The notes under the pieces are model-generated. The model made no database searches. It was given only the letters and a program-made list of their open reading frames with translations, and was not told where the DNA came from. From contig JAQVIJ010000004.1 in the NCBI GenBank assembly GCA_028695735.1, positions 128,671 through 192,670 of the forward strand: a DNA stretch of 64,000 nt, read 5' to 3'. Below are positions 46,271 through 57,563 of the stretch, in pieces. Position 1 is the stretch's first letter, and every line of letters starts with the position of its first letter. A program made the position numbers and the translations under genes. Origin of the DNA: Deltaproteobacteria bacterium. Lineage in GTDB: Bacteria; Desulfobacterota; Dissulfuribacteria; Dissulfuribacterales; DYLC01.

Positions 46271-46855
46271 ATGCTCGATTTCCGCAGCCGTTTAAAAGAG
46301 TTAGTCCTTTCCAAATCCTTTCGTTATTCCCCTGATGCACCGTTTCTTTTGACCTCCGGCAAAACCAGCCCTTATTATTTTGATTGTAAAAGGACAACCC
46401 TCGAACCCGAGGGCGCTTTCCTGATAGGAGAAATCCTTTGTGACATGGTTCGGGATGTCCCGCTGGCCGGTGTAGGAGGTTTGACCCTGGGTGCAGACCC
46501 CATGGCCTCGGCCTTGATGCATTCCGCGTGGCGTAGAGGCCGGCGTATTCCGCAGTTTATTGTGCGCAAGGAACCCAAAAAACACGGCACGGCCCAGTGG
46601 ATCGAAGGCAATGTGCAACCTGGGGATCGTGTGCTGATAGTGGACGATGTTGTAACCACGGGCGGTTCAGTCATCAAATCCATAGAAAGGGCGAAAGAGG
46701 CCGGCTTAATCGTTCAAGAGGTGATTCTGTTGGTGGATCGGGAGGAATTCAATGCCATGGAGCATGTGAGGATCGCTGCGGATTCGGCGCCTGTGAGGGC
46801 AATCCTCACCAAGACGGAGCTGATGGAGCTTTACAATTCGAAAGAATCGGCCTGA
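46271..46855 (+). CDS. pyrE: orotate phosphoribosyltransferase
   Basis: PRPP-binding loop VLIVDDVVTTGGS. An upstream ..SGKTSPYYFDC.. motif is typical of PyrE. Confidence 0.9.
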   Translation: MLDFRSRLKELVLSKSFRYSPDAPFLLTSGKTSPYYFDCKRTTLEPEGAFLIGEILCDMVRDVPLAGVGGLTLGADPMASALMHSAWRRGRRIPQFIVRKEPKKHGTAQWIEGNVQPGDRVLIVDDVVTTGGSVIKSIERAKEAGLIVQEVILLVDREEFNAMEHVRIAADSAPVRAILTKTELMELYNSKESA

Positions 46856-47538
46856 CCTCCTGTTGTTTTTTGTCGCAGCCAGCGCCAGAACACGTCCACC
46901 TTTTCCTTCAGTTCCTTTTCTGTGCCGTCATTCCAGATTACATAGTCCGCCAATTGCGCCTTTTGTTCGTTTCCCATCTGTAGCTTGAGGAGTTGTTCGG
47001 CGGTCTCCTGTGCAAGCCCGCGTTTCTTTTGCAGTCTCTGTAACGCCGTTGAAACAGGTGTCAGTACGGCCAGGGCCAGATTGAAGAAGCGATTCCAGCC
47101 CTTTTCGAACAATAATGGTACTTCCACTGCAACTATTTCATTTCCAAGGGATTTTTGTTCACATAACCAATCGGACATGCGTGTAAAAATGGCTGGATGC
47201 AGTATGTCCTCCACTTGTTTTCTGTCCTCTGGCCGAGCCAGTATCTTCTCCAGTATGATTTTGCGGTCAGCAGCGCCGTTTGCCAGCAGAATTTCCGGGC
47301 CCAAGATATCGACCAACTTTTGAAGTATATTTGCGCCCGGCGATACCACATCTCTGGCCAGCCGGTCGGTGTCTATGATTGGCAGCCCTTTCCCCTTCAG
47401 GAGATTGCAGACAGTGCTTTTGCCTCCGGCAATGGTGCCTGTGATTCCCAGGCGGAAATCCGGCCAGTCTGTGGGGTGCTGTGCATTATTCAAAGCTGAG
47501 GTGTGTCTGTCCTGACTTGACATGTGTGTAACCAGCAT
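46831..47538 (-). CDS. coaE: dephospho-CoA kinase
   Basis: P-loop GITGTIAGGKST followed by ..IIDTD.LARDVV.PG... typical of CoaE. About 30 extra N-terminal residues make the exact start uncertain. The 3' end overlaps pyrE convergently by 25 nt. Confidence 0.85.
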   Translation of the reverse strand: MLVTHMSSQDRHTSALNNAQHPTDWPDFRLGITGTIAGGKSTVCNLLKGKGLPIIDTDRLARDVVSPGANILQKLVDILGPEILLANGAADRKIILEKILARPEDRKQVEDILHPAIFTRMSDWLCEQKSLGNEIVAVEVPLLFEKGWNRFFNLALAVLTPVSTALQRLQKKRGLAQETAEQLLKLQMGNEQKAQLADYVIWNDGTEKELKEKVDVFWRWLRQKTTGGQADSFEL

Positions 47539-47571
47539 TAGCTTTTATGCAAAAATTAAGGAGATAACCAT

Positions 47572-50157
47572 ATGCAATTGAATAAATTTACCATGAAATC
47601 CCAGGAAGCGATACAGGAGGCCCAGCGGCTGGCTCAATCCAAGGGCCATCAGCAGCTCGAACCCGAACACCTGCTTTACGCCATGTTGCAGCAGGCAGAT
47701 GGTGTTGTGCCGGCTGTGCTGAAGAAGATGGGTATAAACGACCATGCCTTGCTGAGTGCTGTGAACGAGGCGCTTGCCCGTATGCCGCAGGTCAGTGGAG
47801 CGGATCAGATATATCTCTCCAGGGATATGAACAGTGTTTTTGCCAAGGCCGTTTCCATAGCAGCCGGCATGAAGGACGAGTATGTCAGTCAGGAGCATCT
47901 GTTTATTTCCATGCTGGAGAGCGGGGTCAAGGTCTCCCATCTGTTGCAGGCTAACGGTGTTACCAAGGATGCCTTTCTCAAGGCGCTGGTAACGGTTCGC
48001 GGCAATCAGCGCATAACGGATCCAAATCCTGAGGCGACCTTTCAGGCCTTGGAAAAGTATGCTCGGGACCTGACTGCCCTGGCTACAGGCGGCAAGCTGG
48101 ATCCTGTCATTGGAAGGGATGACGAGATTCGCCGTGTCATACAGGTTTTGTCCCGCAGGACCAAGAACAACCCTATTCTCATTGGAGAGCCTGGTGTAGG
48201 AAAGACCGCCATCGTTGAGGGATTGGCCCAGCGCATAGTAGCTGGAGATGTGCCGGAGACCCTGAAAAACAGGCGCATAGTGGCCTTAGACATGGGTTCA
48301 CTCATTGCCGGAGCCAAGTACCGCGGGGAGTTTGAAGAGCGTCTGAAGGCGGTTTTGAAGGAGGTCTCGGAAAAGAGCGGAGAAATAGTGCTGTTTATCG
48401 ACGAGATACACACGCTTGTGGGTGCAGGTGCCAGTGAAGGGGCCATGGATGCCTCCAATATGCTGAAACCGGCCTTGGCAAGGGGTGAACTGCACTGTAT
48501 CGGGGCCACCACCATAGATGAATACAGGAAATATATCGAGAAAGATGCCGCGCTGGAACGGCGTTTCCAGCCCGTTTTGGTGGAGGAGCCCTCTGTGGAG
48601 GATGCCATCGCCATATTGCGCGGATTGAAGGTTAAATATGAGTTGCATCACGGTGTGCGCATAAAGGATGCCGCCATAGTGGCCGCCGCCACCCTGTCGC
48701 ATCGTTACCTGACGGATCGTTTTCTGCCGGATAAGGCCATTGATCTCATAGACGAGGCCGCCGCCAAATTGCGTATCGAGATTGACAGCCTGCCGTCTGA
48801 ACTGGATGAGATAGAGCGCCGGTTGATTCAGCTTGAGATCGAAAAAGAGGCCTTGAAAAAGGAGCAGGACGCGGCTTCACGGGATCGTCTGGCAAAGATC
48901 GAAAAGGAAATGGCCGACCTGAAGGAAAAAAGCATGGCCATGAAGGCGTCCTGGGAGCGTGAAAAGGCCGTAATTCAACGGGTGCGTGAAATCAAGGCGG
49001 AGATGGATCGTCTGAACACGGATGCGGAACGCTATCAACGCGAGGGCGATCTGAACAGAGTGGCCGAGATTCAATATGGGCATCTGCCCAGGCTGCAAAG
49101 GGAATTGGAGGAGGCACAGGCAGAAATCACGCGCATCAAACAGGAAGGAAAGGGTGTTCTGAAGGAAGAGGTGGATGATGAGGACATAGCTTCCATCATC
49201 TCCAAATGGACGGGGATCCCTGTGAGCAGGCTTATAGAGGGTGAGCGCGAAAAGCTGCTGCACATGGAGGAGCGTCTGGGAAGGCGCGTGGTGGGCCAGG
49301 AGGCGGCTATCCAGTCCGTGAGCAATGCTGTCAGGCGGGCGCGAGCCGGATTGCAGGACCCGAAGCGGCCACTTGGTTCTTTTCTGTTTTTGGGGCCCAC
49401 CGGTGTCGGCAAGACAGAGCTGGCCAGGGCGCTGGCCGAGTTCATGTTTGATACGGAACAGGCCGTGGTGCGTGTGGATATGAGCGAATACATGGAAAAA
49501 CACGCGGTTGCCAGGCTCATAGGCGCTCCGCCTGGTTATGTGGGCTATGAGGAAGGCGGTTACCTCACTGAGGCCATACGCCGCAGGCCCTATGCCGTAA
49601 TCCTCTTCGATGAGATAGAAAAGGCCCATCCAGATGTGTTCAATATCCTGTTACAGATACTGGATGACGGGCGTCTCACCGATGGCAAGGGCCGCACCGT
49701 GGACTTCAAGAATACCATCATCATAATGACCTCCAATATAGGTAGTGATGTGATTCTGGAGTTGCGGGACCCGCAGGAGATCGAAAGGCGTGTGAATGAG
49801 GCCCTGCGCTATGCCTTTAAGCCTGAGTTTCTGAACCGTGTGGATGCCCGTATAATCTTCCATGCCCTGGGCAGAGACCATCTAATGCGTATTGTGGAGA
49901 TACAGCTGGGCCTGCTGGAAGAGCGGCTCAAGGAGCATAATATCGGGATTTCAATTACGGAACAGGCCAAGGCGAAGCTGGCGGAATGGGGTTATGACCC
50001 AAGTTTCGGCGCCAGGCCCTTGAAGCGTGTCATTCAGCAGCACATAGAAGACCCTCTGGCCATGCGCATGCTTAGCGGTGAGTTCAAGGACGGGGATCGC
50101 ATACTGATAGACGTAAATGAAATCAGCAGCGGTCTGGAGTTCAAAAAGGCTGTCTGA
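47572..50157 (+). CDS. clpB: ClpB disaggregase (two AAA+ modules with middle coiled-coil domain)
   Basis: Clp_N repeats, Walker [10 protein letters not shown] and GPTGVGKTE, and a long coiled-coil M-domain (..[22 protein letters not shown]..). 861 aa. AAGGAG RBS. Confidence 0.95.
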   Translation: MQLNKFTMKSQEAIQEAQRLAQSKGHQQLEPEHLLYAMLQQADGVVPAVLKKMGINDHALLSAVNEALARMPQVSGADQIYLSRDMNSVFAKAVSIAAGMKDEYVSQEHLFISMLESGVKVSHLLQANGVTKDAFLKALVTVRGNQRITDPNPEATFQALEKYARDLTALATGGKLDPVIGRDDEIRRVIQVLSRRTKNNPILIGEPGVGKTAIVEGLAQRIVAGDVPETLKNRRIVALDMGSLIAGAKYRGEFEERLKAVLKEVSEKSGEIVLFIDEIHTLVGAGASEGAMDASNMLKPALARGELHCIGATTIDEYRKYIEKDAALERRFQPVLVEEPSVEDAIAILRGLKVKYELHHGVRIKDAAIVAAATLSHRYLTDRFLPDKAIDLIDEAAAKLRIEIDSLPSELDEIERRLIQLEIEKEALKKEQDAASRDRLAKIEKEMADLKEKSMAMKASWEREKAVIQRVREIKAEMDRLNTDAERYQREGDLNRVAEIQYGHLPRLQRELEEAQAEITRIKQEGKGVLKEEVDDEDIASIISKWTGIPVSRLIEGEREKLLHMEERLGRRVVGQEAAIQSVSNAVRRARAGLQDPKRPLGSFLFLGPTGVGKTELARALAEFMFDTEQAVVRVDMSEYMEKHAVARLIGAPPGYVGYEEGGYLTEAIRRRPYAVILFDEIEKAHPDVFNILLQILDDGRLTDGKGRTVDFKNTIIIMTSNIGSDVILELRDPQEIERRVNEALRYAFKPEFLNRVDARIIFHALGRDHLMRIVEIQLGLLEERLKEHNIGISITEQAKAKLAEWGYDPSFGARPLKRVIQQHIEDPLAMRMLSGEFKDGDRILIDVNEISSGLEFKKAV

Positions 50158-50171
50158 TGGCCTGATTCGGG

Positions 50172-50206
50172 TTTGCAGGGGTGGCATCTGTGCCCGCCCC
50201 TGCAAA
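50172..50206. terminator. bidirectional hairpin between convergent clpB and glgP
   Basis: tttgcagggg ... cccctgcaaa forms a 10-bp stem enclosing a GC-rich loop. It sits 15 nt after the clpB stop and abuts the glgP stop. Confidence 0.55.
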
Positions 50207-50207
50207 A

Positions 50208-52835
50208 TTACCACCAGGTCAAAAGCCCCATTTCAAATCTGTAGCTGAATTCCTTGCGATAAGGATAGCACCTGACGGTATAGCCTATCTGACCACTGGA
50301 AAGGCAGAGGATATTGCCGGCAAAGTTATAGACAGTACCCTGATTCTCTCCTGTGTAGAGTAGCGGCAGCGGCTGGCCGTTTTCCACCTCGTCCCTTTCA
50401 CCAGGCCTTCCGATATACGCCTCCACACGGACATCATCAGGGGTCAGCACCCCCAATTCCACCCTGGCGCGCACAGGGACCCGATCACCGACCTTGGTTA
50501 TCGAATTGTTCTTGGAGGTTGTTTCCAGTATGCGCACCTTGGGCCACTCTGCTGCCACACGGCGTTTCCAGTCGCATATCTTCTTGAGTTCATTCCAATT
50601 CTGCTTTGACAGGACATTTGAACGTTGTGCGTTGGGCAGATAGAAGTTTTTGGCGTATTCTTCCACCATTCTGTTGGTATTGAAGAAGGGGCAGACGGTC
50701 TTGATGGAGTTTTTGACCATCTCTATCCATTCATATGGGAGATTGTTTTGTGAACGGTTATAGAAGGTGGGAACAACCGAGTTTTCCAGCAGTTCATAGA
50801 GGAGATTGCTCTCTATTTCATCCTGCATCTGTGGGTCTGCATATTCCTCGCCTGCGCCTATGGCCCAGCCGTTGTTCCCTTTGTAGCCTTCGACCCACCA
50901 GCCGTCCAGGATGCTCAGGTTCAGGCCGCCGTTGGCGGTCACCTTCATGCCGCTGGTGCCGCTGGCCTCGTTGGGCCTGAGAGGGGTGTTGAGCCAGACG
51001 TCCACGCCCTGCACCAGGTGTCTTGCGACTTCAATGTCGTAGTCCTCGATGAAGACGATGTGATTCCGGAGTTCAGGCATGTTTGCAAACTGCATGACCT
51101 GATGAATGAGTTCCTTGCCGTATTTGTCCTGGGGATGGGCCTTGCCGCTTATGATGATCTGCACCGGTCTTTCCGGATTCGTGAGTATCTTGGCCAATCT
51201 TTCAGGGTTGCGGAATATGAGGGTCGCACGTTTGTATGTGGCGAATCTCCTGGCGAAACCTATGGTCAGCGCCTCCGGGTCCAGGACCTCATCCGCCATC
51301 TTGATGCTCAGACCCGATGCGCCCTTTGCGGTCAGTTGACGTTTCAGTCGAGTGCGGGCAAAACTTATGAGGGTCTCCACCATGCGCTCTCGCGCCCGCC
51401 ATATCTCGAAGGCAGGTATGTTGTCCACGCGCTTCCAGATGGAGTGATTGGCCGGTTCATCGATCCATCTGTAACCGAGATACCGCTGATAGAGCCGGGC
51501 CATTTCACTGGAGAGCCATCCAAGGGTATGAATGCCGTTTGTTATGTGCGTTATGGGGGTCTCATGGCTGGGTATGTTGGGCCACAGGGATGCCCACATG
51601 CGTCTCGATACCTCGCCGTGCAGCTTGCTGACGCCGTTGGTCTGCGAGGCTGTTTTGATGGCAAGCACGGCCATGCAGAAGTCTTCATTGGAGTCGGATG
51701 GATGAATGCGTCCCATGCCCAGCAGTGTCTCGATGTTGATTCCGAGTCTTGCAGCGGTATTGCCGAAATATCTGCGAATCATGTCGGAGGGAAAGCGGTC
51801 TATGCCGGCAGGAACTGGGGTATGGGTGGTAAATACACTGGTAGTTCTCACCGCCTCCAGTGCCTCTTCAAAGGAAAGTTTTTCACGTTCCATCAGACAT
51901 GCCACTCGTTCCAGGGCGCTGAACGCCGAATGTCCTTCGTTCATATGGCAGACGGTGGGGCATTTCCCTATGGCATTCAGCATCTGCATGCCGCCCATGC
52001 CCAGAATGATCTCCTGCTGCAGACGGGTCTCGAGGCCGCCTCCGTAGAGATACGATGTGATCTTTCTGTCATTGGGGGTATTTTGCGGCACGTCTGTATC
52101 CAGCATGATTATCTCCACGCGGCCCACAAGCATGGACCATGCCTGTATGAAGACCCGGCGGTTTTCAAGCTCTATATCCACCAGCAGCGGTTCCCCTTTG
52201 TCATTCAGAATATGGCTTATGGGCATGTTGTAGAAATCGTTTTTGGGGTAGGTCTCCATCTGCCAGCCATCCGGGTTGAGGTACTGCCTGAAATACCCGT
52301 GTTTGTAGAGGAGTCCAACGCCAACCAGGGGCAGGCCCAGGTCGCTGGCGGACTTGATGTGATCACCTGCCAGGATGCCAAGTCCGCCCGAATACAGGGG
52401 CAGGCTTTCATGTATGCCGAATTCAGCGGAAAAATAGGCGATGATATTCTTGGGTTTTGCGCCGGCGATGGTGTAGTCGTCGGAGAGAGACGGCTCAAAG
52501 GCGAAATATGACTTCAGGTCGGTGTCGGATGTCTCTACCCTGTGTCTGAACCATGTCTGGGAGGAAAGATATCGCTGGAGTTCCTGATATACTTCCTTCA
52601 TGCGTGTAAGGAAGAAGTCGTCTTTGGCCAACTCTTCGATCTTGGGCTGTTCGATCATGCCCAGCATGGCAATGGGGTTATGGCCTGTGCGGTTCCACAA
52701 TTCGCGGTCCATGTCCTGGAATAGATAAATGGCATCTATATTCCAGGTCCACCAGAGGTTCTGGGCGATCTTGAGGAGGGGGGCCAGTGTTTCCGGCAGA
52801 TTCGGCGTGATAGTGATGGTCTGTAGATTTGGCAT
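50208..52835 (-). CDS. glgP: alpha-glucan phosphorylase (GT35, DUF3417-containing type)
   Basis: ..YFSAEFGIHESLPLYSGGLGILAGDHIKSASDLGLPLVGVGLLYKHGYFRQ.. and ..EASGTSGMK.. (PLP-lysine region). 875 aa. Confidence 0.9.
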   Translation of the reverse strand: MPNLQTITITPNLPETLAPLLKIAQNLWWTWNIDAIYLFQDMDRELWNRTGHNPIAMLGMIEQPKIEELAKDDFFLTRMKEVYQELQRYLSSQTWFRHRVETSDTDLKSYFAFEPSLSDDYTIAGAKPKNIIAYFSAEFGIHESLPLYSGGLGILAGDHIKSASDLGLPLVGVGLLYKHGYFRQYLNPDGWQMETYPKNDFYNMPISHILNDKGEPLLVDIELENRRVFIQAWSMLVGRVEIIMLDTDVPQNTPNDRKITSYLYGGGLETRLQQEIILGMGGMQMLNAIGKCPTVCHMNEGHSAFSALERVACLMEREKLSFEEALEAVRTTSVFTTHTPVPAGIDRFPSDMIRRYFGNTAARLGINIETLLGMGRIHPSDSNEDFCMAVLAIKTASQTNGVSKLHGEVSRRMWASLWPNIPSHETPITHITNGIHTLGWLSSEMARLYQRYLGYRWIDEPANHSIWKRVDNIPAFEIWRARERMVETLISFARTRLKRQLTAKGASGLSIKMADEVLDPEALTIGFARRFATYKRATLIFRNPERLAKILTNPERPVQIIISGKAHPQDKYGKELIHQVMQFANMPELRNHIVFIEDYDIEVARHLVQGVDVWLNTPLRPNEASGTSGMKVTANGGLNLSILDGWWVEGYKGNNGWAIGAGEEYADPQMQDEIESNLLYELLENSVVPTFYNRSQNNLPYEWIEMVKNSIKTVCPFFNTNRMVEEYAKNFYLPNAQRSNVLSKQNWNELKKICDWKRRVAAEWPKVRILETTSKNNSITKVGDRVPVRARVELGVLTPDDVRVEAYIGRPGERDEVENGQPLPLLYTGENQGTVYNFAGNILCLSSGQIGYTVRCYPYRKEFSYRFEMGLLTWW

Positions 52836-52843
52836 ATGTCCCT

Positions 52844-55117
52844 CTATTGTTTTCTGTCTTCGAACAAAATTTCTGATTGCCTTGTGTCTTCTGCATGTTT
52901 AAGGGTCAGCCCTGAACCGGTTGCATCGAACAGGGCGGTATCGCCTTTTTTGAGGGCACCCTTCAGGATGTGTTCCGCGAGCGCGTCCTTGATGGTCTCC
53001 TGTATCAGCCGCTGCAACGGCCTTGCCCCATATTTGGAATCAAATCCATGAAGGGCGAGCCACTCCCTGGCTGTATCGGTCAGATGCAGACCGATCTTTT
53101 TGGATTGCAGCTGGCTTTGCACCTCGGCTATGAGTTTATCGACGATTTTGCGCATGACGTCCTGTGTCAGGGCGTTGAAGTGCACAACGGCATCCAGACG
53201 GTTGCGGAATTCAGGACTGAATACCCGTTTTACTGCGTCGTTCATACGGCTGTCCTGTGTGTCTTTTTCGGGTGCTACCTGAAAGCCTATGGTGTTGGCT
53301 TCCAATTCCCTTGCCCCCACATTGGATGTCATGACCAGTATCACATGGCGGAAATCCGCTTTTCTGCCTGTATTGTCTGTCAGAGTGGCATTGTCCATCA
53401 CCTGAAGCAGGATGTTGAAGACGTCTTCGTGGGCCTTTTCCATCTCATCCAGCAGCAGAACGCAGTGCGGGTTTTTGCGGATTGTTTCTGTGAGCAGGCC
53501 TCCCTGTTCAAAGCCGATATAGCCCGGAGGCGCCCCGATAAGCCGGGACACAGCGTGTTTTTCCATGTATTCGCTCATGTCGATGCGGTGAAATTGCATG
53601 TCTAAACAGGCGGCCAGCTGTCTGGCCAGTTCCGTCTTGCCTACGCCTGTTGGGCCGGTGAACAGAAACGCTCCTATGGGATGGGTTGGGTGTGAAAGCC
53701 CTGCGCAGGAACGTTTGATGGCCTTGACTACCCGTTCCACAGCCTCATCCTGCGCAAAGATGACGGATTTGAGCCGCTCATTCAGGTTTTCCATTCGCTG
53801 CCTTTCATCCACGGATATGGTGGCGATGGGCAGATTGGTCATGCGCGCCACTATATTTTCTATGTGTTTGGCGGTTATGAGCATGTTGTCTTTGTAGGTG
53901 GCCGCCATGCGCGCCGATGCACCGGCCTCATCCAGGATGTCGATGGCCTTGTCGGGCAGGAACTTGTCGGGCATATAGCGTGTGGCCAGTTCAGAGGCGT
54001 ATTTCAATGCCTTTTCCGAATATCTGACACCATGATGCTGTTCATAGTATTTTTTTAGGCCGTTCAATATGTTGTAACATTCTTCTGTCGAGGGTTCTTT
54101 TATCTCGATTTTTTGAAACCGTCTGGCCAGGGCCCGGTCTTTTTCAAAGAAATTCCGGTATTCATCATAGGTTGTAGAGCCGATTACCTTGATTTCGCCG
54201 CCCACCAGGGCCGGCTTGAGTATGTTGGATGCATCTAAGGAACCCCCGCTTGCAGCGCCGGCGCCTACGACAGTATGTATCTCGTCGATGAACAAAATGG
54301 CGTTGGACATCCTGGAGAGCTGATTTATAAGGGCCTTGAGCCTGCCTTCGAACTCCCCGCGGTATTTGGTGCCTGCCACCAGCGCCCCCATGTCCAAGGC
54401 GTATATCTCTGCGTCCAGCAAGGGTTCAGGGGCGTCGAAATTGGATATTTTAATGGCAAGACCCTCGGCCATGGCTGTTTTGCCGACTCCAGGTTCGCCT
54501 ACGAAGATGGGGTTGTTCTTTCTGCGTCTGCATAGCACCTGCATGGTGCGCTGGAGTTCGTTCTCCCTGCCGATGAGGGGGTCAAGGAGTCCGGCCCTGG
54601 CCTTCTGCGTCAGATTGGCGGTAAAGAGGAGCAGGGGATTCTGTTCCTGTTGGGCGTTCTGGCCGCCTTCTCTGGTGGTTTCCTGTGTCTGGACCTGTCC
54701 TCCGCCGTGGGAGATGTAATTGAGTATGTTCAAGCGGGAAATGCCTTCCTGTTTGAGAAAATAGGTGGCATGGGAGTCTTCCTCGATCATGAGCATGGCA
54801 AGCAGGTCGCCCGGCTCTACCACCTGTTTCCCTGAGGATTGTATGTGCAGGATGGTGGCATTTATGACCCGCTGAAAGGCCACGGTGGGTTGAGGCGAGT
54901 CGGCGCCTTTTGTATTGGAGATATGGGTGTTGAAAAAGTCCTCTATCTGGGCCTTGATCCGTCGCGGGTCTCCGCCGCAGTCCTTGATGATCTGCGCCCC
55001 TGCCTCGTGGTTTGCGATGGCAAACAGCAGATGCTCCAGGGAGATATAGGGGTGATTGCGCCTGTGGGCCTCGTGTACAGCGATGCTGAGCATCAGTTCT
55101 ACATCTTTACTTAACAT
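52844..55117 (-). CDS. clpA: ATP-dependent Clp protease ATP-binding subunit ClpA
   Basis: Two AAA+ modules ([18 protein letters not shown]) with no ClpB-type middle domain. 757 aa, immediately downstream of clpS. Confidence 0.93.
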   Translation of the reverse strand: MLSKDVELMLSIAVHEAHRRNHPYISLEHLLFAIANHEAGAQIIKDCGGDPRRIKAQIEDFFNTHISNTKGADSPQPTVAFQRVINATILHIQSSGKQVVEPGDLLAMLMIEEDSHATYFLKQEGISRLNILNYISHGGGQVQTQETTREGGQNAQQEQNPLLLFTANLTQKARAGLLDPLIGRENELQRTMQVLCRRRKNNPIFVGEPGVGKTAMAEGLAIKISNFDAPEPLLDAEIYALDMGALVAGTKYRGEFEGRLKALINQLSRMSNAILFIDEIHTVVGAGAASGGSLDASNILKPALVGGEIKVIGSTTYDEYRNFFEKDRALARRFQKIEIKEPSTEECYNILNGLKKYYEQHHGVRYSEKALKYASELATRYMPDKFLPDKAIDILDEAGASARMAATYKDNMLITAKHIENIVARMTNLPIATISVDERQRMENLNERLKSVIFAQDEAVERVVKAIKRSCAGLSHPTHPIGAFLFTGPTGVGKTELARQLAACLDMQFHRIDMSEYMEKHAVSRLIGAPPGYIGFEQGGLLTETIRKNPHCVLLLDEMEKAHEDVFNILLQVMDNATLTDNTGRKADFRHVILVMTSNVGARELEANTIGFQVAPEKDTQDSRMNDAVKRVFSPEFRNRLDAVVHFNALTQDVMRKIVDKLIAEVQSQLQSKKIGLHLTDTAREWLALHGFDSKYGARPLQRLIQETIKDALAEHILKGALKKGDTALFDATGSGLTLKHAEDTRQSEILFEDRKQ

Positions 55118-55146
55118 AGTTTTTAATTCCTCAATAAACCTTGAAA

Positions 55147-55458
55147 TTAATCCCGTTCCATCTCTGCCCTCAGGGGAAAACCATTGGCCTGCGCCCGTGT
55201 ATGCACCTGATGGACCTTGGTCTCGGCTATCTCCTTGGTATAGACCCCTGCAAGACCACGGCCTTTGTGATGCACATGAAGCATTATGCGCGTGGCCTCC
55301 TCAAAGGATTTGTCGAAGATATCCATGAGCACCTCTACGACAAAGTCCATGGTGGTATAGTCGTCGTTGAGCAGAAAGACCTTGTAGAGCGGAGGCTCCC
55401 TGAGGTCCTGTAGGGTTTTGTCCTGCGTGATATCCTGAATCCAAGTGTCCTGTGTCAT
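55147..55458 (-). CDS. clpS: ClpS adaptor (N-degron recognin)
   Basis: 103 aa with ..YKVFLLNDDYTTMDFVVEVL...F.........IMLHVHHKG.. core typical of ClpS. Confidence 0.9.
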   Translation of the reverse strand: MTQDTWIQDITQDKTLQDLREPPLYKVFLLNDDYTTMDFVVEVLMDIFDKSFEEATRIMLHVHHKGRGLAGVYTKEIAETKVHQVHTRAQANGFPLRAEMERD

Positions 55459-55529
55459 GGGTTATGTTCATATGTTAACAATTTAAGGATTTTCTTCAAT
55501 CGGAAAATGAATGGCATTCCAGTTGCTCT

Positions 55530-57059
55530 TCACCTTTTCACTGTTGGAAAGCGGGATGCATCGGTGTGCGGCAGAAACATGGCCGCGGTCAGAAGTTTCA
55601 TGAAGTCCCCCCTTGCATTCATCTCCAGGTATGTTAACCGCCCCAGGATCTCCTTTACCTCCTGAATGGCCGTGTGGTGAAGCAAAAGATGCACAGCGCC
55701 GCTGCTCGCTGAGTTGCCCACAGGCTTGAACCGTTCCAAAGGCAGATCAGGCAGCATGCCGATGGTGATGGCGGAGCGCGGGTTTATGTAGTTGCCGAAT
55801 GCCCCTGCAACAAAGATTTGATCTATGTCTTCAAATTTGAGGCCCACGCTACTCACTATCACCTCCAGAATGGTGTACATGGCCGCCTTGGAACGCATGA
55901 GGTTCTTGATGTCGCTCTGGCTGAGATACACGGGCTGGCCGTGGCTGGTCTCCGATGAGTTGGCCAGGGTATATGCCCATCCATCACCCGTCTTCATGGC
56001 CCGATCCCCCATGCGCTCGATGACAAGTTTACCTGTGGAGTCCACCACACCCGCTAAAAACAGGGCGGCCAGCAGGTCGATGACCCCTGAACCGCAGATG
56101 CCGCAGGCTGGCAGGCCCTCGATGGTGTTATAGGAGATGGCTTGCGTGCCATTGTCATTTGTGACACTTACGCGCTCGATGGCCCCGGGTCTTGCAACAG
56201 TGCCACAGGAGAGGATGCCGCCTTCCAGCGCAGGGCCTGCCGCTCCTGCGCAGGCTACGAGCCAATCCCTGTTGCCGAGCACCACCTCTGCATTGGTCCC
56301 CACATCCACCAGAAGCGAGATTCCCTCGCTGCGATGCATACCGGTGGCCAGAATGCCGGCCAGCAGGTCGCCGCCGAAGTAACTGCCGATATTGGGGAAG
56401 ATATAGACCATGGCCTCGGAATGGCAGTTAATGCCCAGTTCTTGCGCAGGAAATACATCGAAGGTATTGGCTTGAGGCATGTAGGGCTCACGGAATATGA
56501 GGGATGTGTCGAGCCCCAAAAGAAAGTGGCACATGGTGGTATTGCCTGCCACAGCCAGGTAGAATATATCCCCTGGAGCAAGTCCGTGCATTCTGCACAG
56601 GGATTCAATGGCCTGGTTGAAGAGTTGTAAAATGGGGCGTTGAAGGTGTTCCACGCCGTTTTGCGTTGCAAAAAGTATGCGGCTCAAGATATCTTCGCCA
56701 TATTGACGTTGGGGATTGGGCAGAGACAGGGGCGGAAGGGCCTTGCCTGTCTGGAGATCCACCAGTGTAAAGACCACCGAGGTGCTTCCCAGGTCCACGG
56801 CCAGGCCCATGACCTGCCGTGATGGCTGCATGGTCTGAAGCTCGGCAAGACGCCAGAGATTGCCATCATATACTGTGACCGCTGCACAATCATTTTTGTG
56901 AGTTAACGGTAAAACAGCCATCGTGCGCGGGGGAATGGTTACACCGGCATGCAACTGCCCCTGAAGGTGCTCTCGAATACGCAGTTCAGGGCTCTTGTTC
57001 GCTGGGATCGCCTGTGCAAGAGGCTCTGACAGTGAAAAACGTTTTACTGTGGAGTCCAT
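55530..57059 (-). CDS. ASKHA-fold DUF4445 protein (RACo-like ATPase module) lacking an N-terminal ferredoxin domain
   Basis: ..GLAVDLGSTSVVFTL.. (phosphate-1-like) and ..LAVAGNTTMCHFLLGLD.. together with ..DVGTNAEVVLG.. and ..VAGAFGNYI.. follow the DUF4445 pattern. No Cys cluster is present in the first 90 aa. Confidence 0.72.
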   Translation of the reverse strand: MDSTVKRFSLSEPLAQAIPANKSPELRIREHLQGQLHAGVTIPPRTMAVLPLTHKNDCAAVTVYDGNLWRLAELQTMQPSRQVMGLAVDLGSTSVVFTLVDLQTGKALPPLSLPNPQRQYGEDILSRILFATQNGVEHLQRPILQLFNQAIESLCRMHGLAPGDIFYLAVAGNTTMCHFLLGLDTSLIFREPYMPQANTFDVFPAQELGINCHSEAMVYIFPNIGSYFGGDLLAGILATGMHRSEGISLLVDVGTNAEVVLGNRDWLVACAGAAGPALEGGILSCGTVARPGAIERVSVTNDNGTQAISYNTIEGLPACGICGSGVIDLLAALFLAGVVDSTGKLVIERMGDRAMKTGDGWAYTLANSSETSHGQPVYLSQSDIKNLMRSKAAMYTILEVIVSSVGLKFEDIDQIFVAGAFGNYINPRSAITIGMLPDLPLERFKPVGNSASSGAVHLLLHHTAIQEVKEILGRLTYLEMNARGDFMKLLTAAMFLPHTDASRFPTVKR

Positions 57060-57060
57060 A

Positions 57061-57450
57061 TTATTTGGGCAGCATCTCCTGATCCACCCGTTCCGGATCG
57101 CCTGTGTTGTAGTACATGAGGTTTTTCAAAAAGGTCAGGTCATCAAGTGTCATTTCCACAAACTCGAAACCCATGCCGTTTTCGTCCACACGAGCGACAC
57201 GGGCCTTTACTGAAAACTCCGGTGTGCTCTGGCCCTGTATATAAAAGCTGAGCATGCACATGGTTCCAATGGGCAGTTTCGATGAAGAGATGCAATAGAT
57301 GCCCCTCAGGCTTATGTCACGAGTCTGTTCCTCTGGAATGCAGATCTCATTTTCATCAGGTGTATCCAAAAGGGATATCCAGACCTCTGCATTAAAGGAT
57401 GCCCGAATATTTCTGCGTTTGCCGTCTTTGACAGCCTTGTCCTGTTCCAT
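57061..57450 (-). CDS. PilZ-domain protein
   Basis: RRNIR (RxxxR) at residues about 12-16 and a D-x-S-x-x-G element (DISLRG), in a 129-aa beta-barrel-sized protein. Its stop is 1 nt before the DUF4445 start (TAATATG). Confidence 0.72.
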   Translation of the reverse strand: MEQDKAVKDGKRRNIRASFNAEVWISLLDTPDENEICIPEEQTRDISLRGIYCISSSKLPIGTMCMLSFYIQGQSTPEFSVKARVARVDENGMGFEFVEMTLDDLTFLKNLMYYNTGDPERVDQEMLPK

Positions 57451-57563
57451 GGCTTCTGCCTCCTGTGGAGATTGAAGAATCTTTTCTGAATTTGTCTTGC
57501 TTATTTTTATACTATATCATATTGTTTTCTGACAGTGTTTTATTAAAAGGGAAGGGAACCGGC

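Noticed and set aside
51018-52511. 497-aa + strand ORF
   Set aside because: It is antisense to glgP, whose minus frame carries the phosphorylase motifs. The same reasoning rejects 60249-61181 (antisense to the sigma-54 activator), 57822-58721 (antisense to the TPR gene), 31967-32662, 48042-48614, 48877-49629, 52970-53605, 15975-16625, 13369-13986, 36719-37438 and 19636-20244.
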